Source of the DNA: an uncultured virus (IMG/VR IMGVR_UViG_3300027688_000449)
Taxonomy: Duplodnaviria > Heunggongvirae > Uroviricota > Caudoviricetes
Virus record (IMG/VR): IMGVR_UViG_3300027688_000449
DNA: 64,000 nt
Direction: 5' to 3' (one strand)
The notes under the pieces are model-generated. The model had not been told where the DNA came from. It saw only the letters and a program-made list of their open reading frames with translations, and did no database searches. Every line of letters begins with the position of its first letter. Position 1 is the first letter of the stretch. Shown here one piece after another: positions 40,601-49,750 of the stretch. The position numbers were made by a program, and so were the translations under genes.

Positions 40601-41332
40601 GTAAATGTTATTACTATTGGTAATAGTGTTCAGACTAATGTTATATATTCGTCAGCATTTCAATCACAATGTCAAGCAGATATGTTATCAACAAATCCTA
40701 AATATCAAAAATTTCTTGGAATTGAAAATACACAACAATCAATATCATTTGCTGATTTGGCAAAAATAATTAGAGATAATGTTACTTTAGGTCCGGCAAG
40801 AGCGATGGTTTTATATACCGCATATGTTAATGGTCATGATGACAATTCCGTCTACACATACAATCATGATTTAGGTAATACAATATTAGGTGGTGGTAGT
40901 TTTCCACAACAAATTAGTTATGGAGGAAGAGAAAAATATTTCCAAAAACAATTTGGTTGTAAAACTAACCAAAATGGATATGCCCAACCAAGTGCTGTAT
41001 TTACAACGGGTACATCCGGTGAGTCATTTACAAATTCAGTTAAATTTATTAATGACTATTATCTTAATGAACAAGTTTTATCTAAAAGTTTGTTATTTGC
41101 ACCATTATTTACAACTGGAAATACCGGTTCATTAGTTTGGGATACTAAAGAAAGTTATGTTGAAAATATGTATACAGTGTGGATTAAATATTGGCCACAA
41201 AAAAGATTCCAAACAGATGACCAATACACTCAGTGGCTTAAGTCAAATAAAAACATGGCGGATACTTTTAGAACATCGGCTGAAAATGTAGTTGAATTAT
41301 TATCTAAATATAAACTTGTTAACTTTAAATGA
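34643..41332 (+). CDS. Giant baseplate hub protein (gp27/gpD/VgrG-like termini with large insertions)
   Basis: N-terminal LGIESIRI...V.LIDVQGRALF...FYLTLKGYYG; C-terminal YECRVESMGNMMIQPTMYF...GPYMIQSVEHTI...FKTFFSGVR hub motif; follows the LysM gene. Confidence 0.6.
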   Translation: MADNFGTTDNIYIESDYDNIFLIDPNKVENSLGQPMDRPIHHEDLVMYANLEAKMLPRTKLAVGSALTDAVQTTPIASINFLRPGGKTTLNNNYLNEITGLNTVDGKGTNQPSKTNVQQQNKSDDFYIKQNTINSEDTGLLGIESIRIKNTRSLTPTVEVVLIDVQGRALFEKGENSEYACFFNLPYPTFYLTLKGYYGKAIRYQLILTNFSAAFEGNTGNYRISLKFYSYKYTILAETQVGALFAVPFMYTTDYRINNTAPNSPGVNAAQTSNGNPDVTTSSVRVTKGGQTIRDVYKRYKALGLISPNLPELSFPELKARLEALEKNLQQSFGQTDFTPLSDCDTYFKLLTSLRDSVLSTDDTSWSKKYLDQEKIFVLDPSVVGGKNGVLTYIYNNNTRANLQLQVNAYSQLKQLVDGYKVDLAKNKTLSDPGTFTIDGKKQTSKVTKINNLTIQPTIIPSALQTSLQTGFSVREVVGLVGSNKVMGDVTNDSSNLVGSDSVRKSISENDINWAETFKIRYKREALSTAEISGLTASESIFFRTFSNDTGNSFIPPTYNFVFDGPGNFSDILDKTFEDLSQQKEKIVLALNEFLSKKIEGNDGLGFKPTMRNIMAMIFASVEAFYRLMDDVHSQAWSQRLNPIRKNAVFDNTKSSVSTDSKDLVQQTDQNALKDIPVYPWPQYFVETNNPDGERFELRYPGDPSEISKTRANDYKVWPEVQFVEEYMKGLAQRASINMGPNGSNNEANVISRITVNGIEFPTTNIPYSDYDSVKFIYEIYERVLLASYWDRLSTSGAKQLSVYNTLSDLEVSNIRTALASTSPSLTKILKNFAFTPQGFPLALKSISNDGTGLSWQQFTRGEFTSEYLRAITENDYAILNSSFIKSKPTTNKNIQSLTNISNYIKSTLSTQTNIMDVYPFVITDWQNENLAGVKTSKGNVFDTTKSLFLNDTQRYITNYESADSLNNNRPFVNNCFIKTLTTPKPILSVGGSGNLTGVAPTGTLAAFNQFYKERRLNNSFLVTEGPINYQAKTGNVDAFQTTSMLNTPFFINALQDGVDKDRNNTNTTPYVLPAYLFLNSLPLATLREKYKNITTEGFTDLDYIFTTLTKFGGVHKLPYAWIIKYGSIWHRYKTYVETNVDILDSVWKNVNVANLYDPDGSSLQKQYTFTSTNENYNIVAQDTISQPPLVLSQVQMNLGFYPKIINDTYFLVTGQELLTGYTNTDIQTAISQGLVVGAIPNAQISTQAGYSSTPNQVLKFNNFFTTFETQNSPKFKSNQQYKTLLMPSFGTIYNQVIGECFTETITGLIQTQEVQNNKAVFNGSVRPFWAAPNFGYFELSSITKPGPNEYMKEVYPNLEIQDVVKFGQTYSKIDDVFGTFKTEILDSFETEFLNFCKSFTDLTSEDLSDSSYANRNFQGLMSQMLLVPTITLTSTLDNYVVDCGNAQLTQANTVIQSFVNYDVVFKYGNPSNFNRRVFGTFTTLNTTNYNKVVDPYPYNAYVQNSVPVTNGAATQITLLQSKAAYPNAWIAMETYVGFATTTGLTYSNSGSYYTDFFPTLNVEFTEGNVKNFAPLIKIFGTQKSLNNGIYTKTDFITAINDFYTNNDEYLNYVLGELMFVLRKELPDYVETTEKPILSAIDGMQPKVELYEAFKSFNDKWIAGSEFKDKTLYQDVMFLDRANRDIGDKVLVDVFKLKDFFSGTTSLDARIIDFVSRIIADNQFQMMPLPAYMNFWGAGEVTQGVKPKEERANDLANSLFGTFLDVDYRESQPKFVCYYAGKPSEHLDMRENADYRWRTDAFDLSRNSDNPLISELKSTKTDWAQSNKVVGFNVDFGIRNQSVFYSIQLDQNNAAATTEANRVISDMSNQAGGRRTNTQNVSLYNLYKNRSYECRVESMGNMMIQPTMYFNLRNVPMFRGPYMIQSVEHTISAGDFKTFFSGVRMPIYSLPLITKQLVSINANLLGQLVQILKRQKETEVASTQPTVNVITIGNSVQTNVIYSSAFQSQCQADMLSTNPKYQKFLGIENTQQSISFADLAKIIRDNVTLGPARAMVLYTAYVNGHDDNSVYTYNHDLGNTILGGGSFPQQISYGGREKYFQKQFGCKTNQNGYAQPSAVFTTGTSGESFTNSVKFINDYYLNEQVLSKSLLFAPLFTTGNTGSLVWDTKESYVENMYTVWIKYWPQKRFQTDDQYTQWLKSNKNMADTFRTSAENVVELLSKYKLVNFK

Positions 41333-41339
41333 TATTTAT
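41333..41339 (+). promoter_or_regulatory. TATTTAT late-gene motif
   Basis: 15 nt upstream of ATG 41355. Confidence 0.6.
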
Positions 41340-41354
41340 TAAGAAACTATAGTT

Positions 41355-41579
41355 ATGAATATTAAACAACATTTAGACAATTATCTTGGTAAAAACACAA
41401 GATATACAGAAAAAAATGCCGGAAATGGATTTACCGAAGTATGTGATTTAGATACTGGTAATTGCTATACAGTTAGAGACAGAGACGGTCTTATTGAAAG
41501 AGTTGATAACACAATGAGAACAAATAAAAGAGTCCAAGTTGAAACACCACAAGGTGTTAAACAATTATTAAATGGTTAA
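41355..41579 (+). CDS. Hypothetical protein (74 aa)
   Basis: Clean ORF after TATTTAT; contains EVCDLDTGNC. Confidence 0.6.
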   Translation: MNIKQHLDNYLGKNTRYTEKNAGNGFTEVCDLDTGNCYTVRDRDGLIERVDNTMRTNKRVQVETPQGVKQLLNG

Positions 41580-42258
41580 AAAAATGGCAATTGATAAAAA
41601 AATTATTGAAGAGATTAAAAGACACAATTCTATTAATAAGTATATTGTAGAACAAGATGCCTTGGGTGATTTACCCCCACCACCTGAAGACCCTGCGGCT
41701 CCTGTAGACCCTGCAGCGGCTCCTGCGGCAGCACCTGGCGGAGACCCGACATTAGCAGCGGCACCAGCGGCACCTGAAGTCATTGATACAACAACTGATA
41801 CTGAAGTTGAAAAAATTGATGGTAGTGGTAAGAGTGAAGAAAGTGACAGTGGTTCTGAAGAATTAGATATTACTGATTTAGTTAATTCACAAAAAAATGT
41901 AGAAACTAAACAACAAGAATATTTTGATATGATGTTTAAACAAATTGAAGGATTACAAACCAAGTTAAATGCTATGGATGATGTTTTCAATAAGTTAAAC
42001 TCTATGGAAGAAAAGATTGAACAGTACAGACCAAAAACACCTCAAGAAAAATTAAACTTGAGAAGTCTTGATAGTGGACCATTCAATCAAAAACTTTCTG
42101 ATTTTTTTGATGACAAACAAGATGATTTGGAAAAATCGGGAAAGAATGAATATGTGTTAACTTCAGATGAGGTTGAAGATATTGTACCTACAGATATTAA
42201 AAAATCATTTGATAATTATGGTGCAGAACCAACAGGAACATCCTTTAAAATGTATTGA
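41572..42258 (+). CDS. Acidic Pro/Ala-linker coiled-coil protein, possible prohead core/scaffold or internal protein
   Basis: IIEEIKR...IVEQ N-terminus, PPPPEDPAAPVDPAAAPAAAP low-complexity linker, then a heptad region. Confidence 0.5.
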   Translation: MVKKMAIDKKIIEEIKRHNSINKYIVEQDALGDLPPPPEDPAAPVDPAAAPAAAPGGDPTLAAAPAAPEVIDTTTDTEVEKIDGSGKSEESDSGSEELDITDLVNSQKNVETKQQEYFDMMFKQIEGLQTKLNAMDDVFNKLNSMEEKIEQYRPKTPQEKLNLRSLDSGPFNQKLSDFFDDKQDDLEKSGKNEYVLTSDEVEDIVPTDIKKSFDNYGAEPTGTSFKMY

Positions 42259-42283
42259 TTTTTAACAACTTTTTACTATATTG

Positions 42284-42309
42284 AAAGGGTCACGTTGTGG
42301 CCCTTTTTT
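42284..42309 (+). terminator. Intrinsic terminator ending the structural block
   Basis: AAAGGGTCAC-GTT-GTGGCCCTTT followed by a T run. Confidence 0.7.
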
Positions 42310-42324
42310 ATTTGGCGAAATAAT

Positions 42325-42353
42325 TTGACGAACAGAAAAATAACAACTATAAT
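42325..42353 (+). promoter_or_regulatory. Sigma70-type promoter for the replication/recombination operon
   Basis: TTGACG (42325-42330), 17 nt, TATAAT (42348-42353). Confidence 0.7.
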
Positions 42354-42385
42354 TTATAAACAAACAATCTAATTAAACAAAAAAC

Positions 42386-43234
42386 ATGATGAGTTCACTT
42401 GACGCAGTACTTTCACAGTACGAAAAAAACACACAGTCTTTCGGAGACTCTAACCGAATGTCCCAAGAGGAAAGAATGAAAAAGTATTTTGCTTGTATTC
42501 TTCCACAAGGGCAATCTCAAGGACAACGTAGAGTACGTATCCTTCCTACACCCGATGGTTCTTCACCTTTCAAAGAGGTTTGGTACCATGAATTACAAGT
42601 GGGTGGTAAATGGCAAAAATTCTATGACCCAGGTAAAAATGACAATGAACGTTCACCTTTGAATGAGGTTCACGATGAGTTGATGTCTACCGGCAAAGAG
42701 TCAGACAAAGAATTGGCTAAACAATACAAATCTCGTAAATTTTACATCGTAAAGGTTATTGACCGTGATGCTGAAGACGAGGGTGTAAAGTTTTGGCGTT
42801 TCAAACACAATTACAAGAATGATGGTATTCTTGACAAAATCATTCCAATTTGGAGACAGAAAGGTGATGTAACTGATTCACAAAAAGGTAGAGACCTTAT
42901 TGTACAGTTGGTTAAATCTAAAACTCCTGGTGGAAAAGATTACACAACAATCCAAACTATTATGCATGATGACCCAGCACCTCTTCATGAGACTGCTAAT
43001 GTTATGGAAGAGTGGTTGAAAGATGAGTTGACATGGAATGATGTTTACTCTAAGAAACCTGTAGAATATTTGGAAGCAATCTCTCGTGGTGAAGAACCTC
43101 GTTGGGATAGTGAAACAGGTAAATACTTGTACAGTGATTCAGGAGATATGATGATGGGTGGTTCTAAATCAGCACCCGCGGCTCCTGCAGACCCACAATT
43201 ATTTGACGAACCTGCTGAGGACTTACCGTTCTAA
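42386..43234 (+). CDS. Single-stranded DNA-binding protein (T4 gp32-like)
   Basis: RVRILP, PFKEVWYH, FYIVKVIDR...GVKFWRF, D...GRDL, acidic C-terminus ending EDLPF. Confidence 0.8.
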   Translation: MMSSLDAVLSQYEKNTQSFGDSNRMSQEERMKKYFACILPQGQSQGQRRVRILPTPDGSSPFKEVWYHELQVGGKWQKFYDPGKNDNERSPLNEVHDELMSTGKESDKELAKQYKSRKFYIVKVIDRDAEDEGVKFWRFKHNYKNDGILDKIIPIWRQKGDVTDSQKGRDLIVQLVKSKTPGGKDYTTIQTIMHDDPAPLHETANVMEEWLKDELTWNDVYSKKPVEYLEAISRGEEPRWDSETGKYLYSDSGDMMMGGSKSAPAAPADPQLFDEPAEDLPF

Positions 43235-43245
43235 TAAAACAAAAC

Positions 43246-43281
43246 ATCATGTATGGTATCATGTACGGTACCATACATGAT
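43246..43281. repeat. 13-bp perfect inverted repeat overlapping a 12-bp tandem repeat
   Basis: ATCATGTATGGTA (43246-43258) / TACCATACATGAT (43269-43281); TCATGTATGGTA followed by TCATGTACGGTA. Confidence 0.85.
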
Positions 43282-43296
43282 TAATTTACAACACAT

Positions 43297-44307
43297 ATGG
43301 CAATCAAGAAAAACGATTTTAATTCAGTAAAGAAGAAATTCTCAACTTCGGCGAAGTATAAACCACAAAGATACTTTGACTTGGGTAAAGATTTCTTGGA
43401 CGCTGTAGGACTACCAGGACCCGCCATAGGACACTTGAACATGTTCTTGGGTCACTCTGATACAGGTAAGACAACGGGTCTCGTAAAAGCGGCCGTATCA
43501 GCTCAGAAACAGAATATTCTTCCCGTGTTCATTATCACCGAACAGAAGTGGAGTTTTGAACACGCAAGACTTATGGGTTTTGATTGTGATGAAGTGGTTG
43601 ACCCCGAAACAGGTGAATTGGATTGGGATGGATTTTTCATCTTCAACAACAACTTCTCTTATATTGAACAAATTACAGATTATATTAATAGTTTGTTGGA
43701 CGCTCAAGAAAAAGGTGAATTGGAATATGATTTATTGTTCCTTTGGGATTCAGTAGGTTCAGTTCCTTGTAAGATGACCTTTGATGGTAAAGGTGGTAAA
43801 CAACACAATGCTGCGGTTCTTGCCGACAAGATTGGAATGGGTATTAACCAACGTATTTCAGGTTCTCGTAAATCTGATTCAAAATATGAAAACACATTGG
43901 TGATTGTTAATCAGCCTTGGGTTGAACTTCCTGACAATCCATTTGGACAACCAAAGATTAAAGCAAAGGGTGGTGAAGCCATTTGGTTAAATTCGTCTTT
44001 GGTATTCTTATTTGGTAATCAAAAAGGTGCAGGAACAAACAAAATTTCTGCAACAAAAGACAAACGAACTGTTAAATTTGCAATCCGTACAAAAGTTTCT
44101 GTCATGAAAAACCACATCAATGGTTTGGGTTATGAAGATGGAAAAATCATCGTAACACCACACGGATTCTTGGCAGGAAAAGATGCTGCTGAAGAGAAAG
44201 TATCTATTGAACAATACAAGAAAGAAAATGCTGAGTATTGGAAAGAGATTATCGGGGCTGATGGAGATTTCAGCTTGTTTGAGGAAAAAGAAAGTGAAAC
44301 AGTATAA
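43297..44307 (+). CDS. recA: RecA/UvsX-like recombinase
   Basis: Walker A GHSDTGKT, Walker B LFLWDSVG, VIVNQ, KGGEAI, KNHI. Confidence 0.85.
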   Translation: MAIKKNDFNSVKKKFSTSAKYKPQRYFDLGKDFLDAVGLPGPAIGHLNMFLGHSDTGKTTGLVKAAVSAQKQNILPVFIITEQKWSFEHARLMGFDCDEVVDPETGELDWDGFFIFNNNFSYIEQITDYINSLLDAQEKGELEYDLLFLWDSVGSVPCKMTFDGKGGKQHNAAVLADKIGMGINQRISGSRKSDSKYENTLVIVNQPWVELPDNPFGQPKIKAKGGEAIWLNSSLVFLFGNQKGAGTNKISATKDKRTVKFAIRTKVSVMKNHINGLGYEDGKIIVTPHGFLAGKDAAEEKVSIEQYKKENAEYWKEIIGADGDFSLFEEKESETV

Positions 44308-44317
44308 ACAATAAATT

Positions 44318-45328
44318 GTGAAGACACTCTTAGTAGATGGTGATAACCTATTTAAAATCGGATTCCATGGGGTCAGAGACCTCTTCGTGGAAGGAAACCA
44401 TATCGGGGGTGTCTTTCATTTTATCAATACCCTCAGAAAACAAATTGATGAACACAACTACGACAAAATTATTGTCTTTTGGGACGGTGACGACAACTCA
44501 GCCGTTAGACGTAAATTATATCCTAACTACAAGTTAAACCGTAGACAAAGTATGAACGAGTTTAAACTTGAGTCATACCACACCCAAAAAGAAAGAGTAA
44601 AAGAATACCTTGAAGAATGTTTCGTTCGTCAGGTAAGAGCAATTGAATGTGAAGCGGATGATTTAATCGCCTACTATTGTCAGATTGCTAACGAAGAATC
44701 AAAAACAATATTATCGGCAGATAAAGATTACTTTCAATTGATTGATGGACACACATCAATATACTCACCAATTTCCAAAGTCACCTTTAAACTTGGTGAT
44801 AAAGTTAAATTTGGTGATACCGAATTTCCACACTATAACGTATTGACACTTAAGATATTAACTGGTGATAAGTCAGACAATATCAGCGGTATATTAAGAT
44901 TGGGTGAAAAAAGTGTAATAAAATACTTTCCTGAGATGCTTGATTCTATGGTTAATTATAACCATATTTTAACAAAGGCACAGGAACTTTTAGAACAAGA
45001 CAAAAACAACACAACTTTAAAAAATATTGTAAGTGGAAAAACAAAAGACGGAGAATTCGGAGAATCATTCTACCAAACAAACAAAAAAATTGTGGATTTA
45101 CAAAATCCGCTTATTTCTGACGAAGGTAGGGTACTTGTTGAACAATATTATGCCGACACTTTAGACCCTGAAGGTAGGGGTTACAAAAATCTAATTCGTA
45201 TGATGACAGAAGATGGATTCTTCAAATATCTCGGTAAGAGTGATGATGAATTTATAAAATTTATACGACCTTTGATGAAATTGACAAGAAAAGAAAAAAG
45301 ACAACACAAACAACAAATAGAAAAATAA
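44318..45328 (+). CDS. 5'-3' exonuclease / flap endonuclease (T4 RNase H, Pol I N-terminal domain-like)
   Basis: LLVDGDNL, WDG, RRKLYPNYKLNR, EADDLIA, SADKDYFQL, GDKSDNISGI..LGEK; GTG start. Confidence 0.92.
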   Translation: MKTLLVDGDNLFKIGFHGVRDLFVEGNHIGGVFHFINTLRKQIDEHNYDKIIVFWDGDDNSAVRRKLYPNYKLNRRQSMNEFKLESYHTQKERVKEYLEECFVRQVRAIECEADDLIAYYCQIANEESKTILSADKDYFQLIDGHTSIYSPISKVTFKLGDKVKFGDTEFPHYNVLTLKILTGDKSDNISGILRLGEKSVIKYFPEMLDSMVNYNHILTKAQELLEQDKNNTTLKNIVSGKTKDGEFGESFYQTNKKIVDLQNPLISDEGRVLVEQYYADTLDPEGRGYKNLIRMMTEDGFFKYLGKSDDEFIKFIRPLMKLTRKEKRQHKQQIEK

Positions 45329-45335
45329 AAAAATT

Positions 45336-45785
45336 ATGAAAGAAACAGATGTAATTAAAATGGAGTTCTTGATTACCTTGAACAACAACATCGTAATCCA
45401 ACGTTACTTTAACGTAAAAGATTACAACCCACAAGCTCGCAGTTCTATGGAACTGTATCAATATTTAAAAAACTTTGTAGAAGGGTTTGAGTACGGCCAA
45501 AAGATGCGTTCGGTTGTATACCTTTTGGAGAATAAAGATGAAATTTTTGAGAACCAAAGTATCTTGCAAACATCAAATACTGATGGTCCTGAAACATTTA
45601 ATTTTTTAATAAAGGTTGGAGAACAGACAATTTGTCATAGAATTTTGGATGCGAAATTGTTCCCACCTAAAATAAGATACACCGTAGATATACGCCAGCA
45701 AGTAAAAAGTGTATTAAAGGACTTAACTGACATTTTTTCCGATGAAAATTTTGTTACAAGTTACATGTCTTATAGCTTAAACTAA
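45336..45785 (+). CDS. Hypothetical protein
   Basis: 149-aa ORF inside the replication operon; no motif recognised. Confidence 0.7.
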   Translation: MKETDVIKMEFLITLNNNIVIQRYFNVKDYNPQARSSMELYQYLKNFVEGFEYGQKMRSVVYLLENKDEIFENQSILQTSNTDGPETFNFLIKVGEQTICHRILDAKLFPPKIRYTVDIRQQVKSVLKDLTDIFSDENFVTSYMSYSLN

Positions 45786-45788
45786 TAG

Positions 45789-45795
45789 TATTTAT
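45789..45795 (+). promoter_or_regulatory. TATTTAT motif upstream of the helicase
   Basis: 25 nt upstream of ATG 45821; the only copy seen before a replication gene. Confidence 0.45.
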
Positions 45796-45820
45796 CAAAA
45801 CTAACAAGGGAATTTTAATT

Positions 45821-47206
45821 ATGTCAAACAAGAATTTTGAGTATCTAGGTAACACATTTCAACTACAATTATTAAATCAGATTATCTTAGATAAAGACTT
45901 CTCACATTCTATCATTGATGTAATTGAATCCTCACACTTTGAAAACAAATATTTCAAAACACTTCTCCAATTGGTGAAGGAGTACTATGTAAAATATGAT
46001 TGTACTCCATCATACGAAACACTTTCACAAATGGTGAAAAGTGAGTTCCCACAAGAGTTGATGTTGAAAATTCTAAACGACACTATCAAACAGATACAAA
46101 CTGCGTCTATAGAAGGGGCATCGTTTGTACAAGAGAAATCATTGAAGTTTTGTAAACAACAAGAACTTCAAAAGGCAATCACCAAATCACAAAAAATACT
46201 TGATAGTGGAGAATTTGAAAACTATGACAAACTTGAAGAACTTGTAAGAAGTGCTCTCCAAGTAGGGGAAAATGGAAATAAGATTGAAGATGTTTTCCAA
46301 AACTTGGATGATGTTTTGAATGAAGATTTCCGTCACCCAATCCCAATGGGAATTACGGGTATTGACAAGTTATTAAAAGGCGGATTGGCAAAAGGTGAAT
46401 TGGGGGTAATCTTAGCACCAACTGGTGTAGGAAAAACTACAGTTCTTACAAAAATTGCTAACTCAGCGTTTAATAATGGTTACAATGTACTTCAGTTATT
46501 CTTTGAGGACAATCCAAAAGTAATCCAACGTAAACACTTCACAATGTGGACAGGTATACCACCTGATGACCTCCCATTACACCGTGAAGAAGTTCTTGAA
46601 AAAGCACGTCAGGTCAAAGAAGAAATGACCAACAAATTGTTCTTGAAAAAATTACCTTCAGACCAATTTACAATGACTCAAATCAAGAACATGATTAGAA
46701 AGATGGTTGCTGATGGACATAAGATTGATATGATTGTTTTAGATTATATTGATTGTATTGTACCTGACAAAAATATGGGAGACGAATGGAAAAGTGAGGG
46801 TTCCGTTATGAGAGGTTACGAATCTATGTGTCATGAACTTAACGTAGTAGGATGGACCGCAACACAGGGTAACAGAAGCTCTATATCTTCTGAGGTTGTT
46901 ACCACCGACCAAATGGGTGGTTCTATTAAAAAAGCACAAGTTGGACACGTTATCATTTCCGTGGCAAAAACTTTACAACAAAAAGAAATGAATTTAGCAA
47001 CCATCGCAATTACCAAGTCTCGTGTGGGTAAAGATGGGGTTATCTTTGAAAACTGTAAGTTCAACAACGAATTGTTGGAAATTGATACTGAAAGTTCTGT
47101 TACCTTCTTAGGATTTGAAGAAAAGAAAGAAGAAAAGAACAGAGACAGAATCAAAGAACTTATGGAAAAAAGAAAAGAGCGAGTACAACCAAATAACTTT
47201 AATTAA
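45821..47206 (+). CDS. dnaB: Replicative DnaB-like helicase (T4 gp41-like)
   Basis: GIDKLLKGGL, APTGVGKT (Walker A), FFED, IVLDYID, WTATQGNR, KSRVGKDG. Confidence 0.9.
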   Translation: MSNKNFEYLGNTFQLQLLNQIILDKDFSHSIIDVIESSHFENKYFKTLLQLVKEYYVKYDCTPSYETLSQMVKSEFPQELMLKILNDTIKQIQTASIEGASFVQEKSLKFCKQQELQKAITKSQKILDSGEFENYDKLEELVRSALQVGENGNKIEDVFQNLDDVLNEDFRHPIPMGITGIDKLLKGGLAKGELGVILAPTGVGKTTVLTKIANSAFNNGYNVLQLFFEDNPKVIQRKHFTMWTGIPPDDLPLHREEVLEKARQVKEEMTNKLFLKKLPSDQFTMTQIKNMIRKMVADGHKIDMIVLDYIDCIVPDKNMGDEWKSEGSVMRGYESMCHELNVVGWTATQGNRSSISSEVVTTDQMGGSIKKAQVGHVIISVAKTLQQKEMNLATIAITKSRVGKDGVIFENCKFNNELLEIDTESSVTFLGFEEKKEEKNRDRIKELMEKRKERVQPNNFN

Positions 47207-47232
47207 TAAAAAAAAATAGTATTTTAAATAAA

Positions 47233-49745
<2,513 letters not shown>

Positions 49746-49750
49746 CATAA

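Noticed and set aside
41670..41775. GC-rich CCTGC(G/A)GC repeats as a DNA repeat element
   Set aside because: Explained by codons of the Pro-Ala-Ala protein linker.
41568..41990. 140-aa minus-strand ORF
   Set aside because: Antisense shadow of the GC-richer Pro/Ala low-complexity region of 41572..42258.
43203..43231. Third TTGACGA as a recA promoter
   Set aside because: It lies in the ssb coding sequence (LFDE) and has no -10-like hexamer at 16-18 nt.
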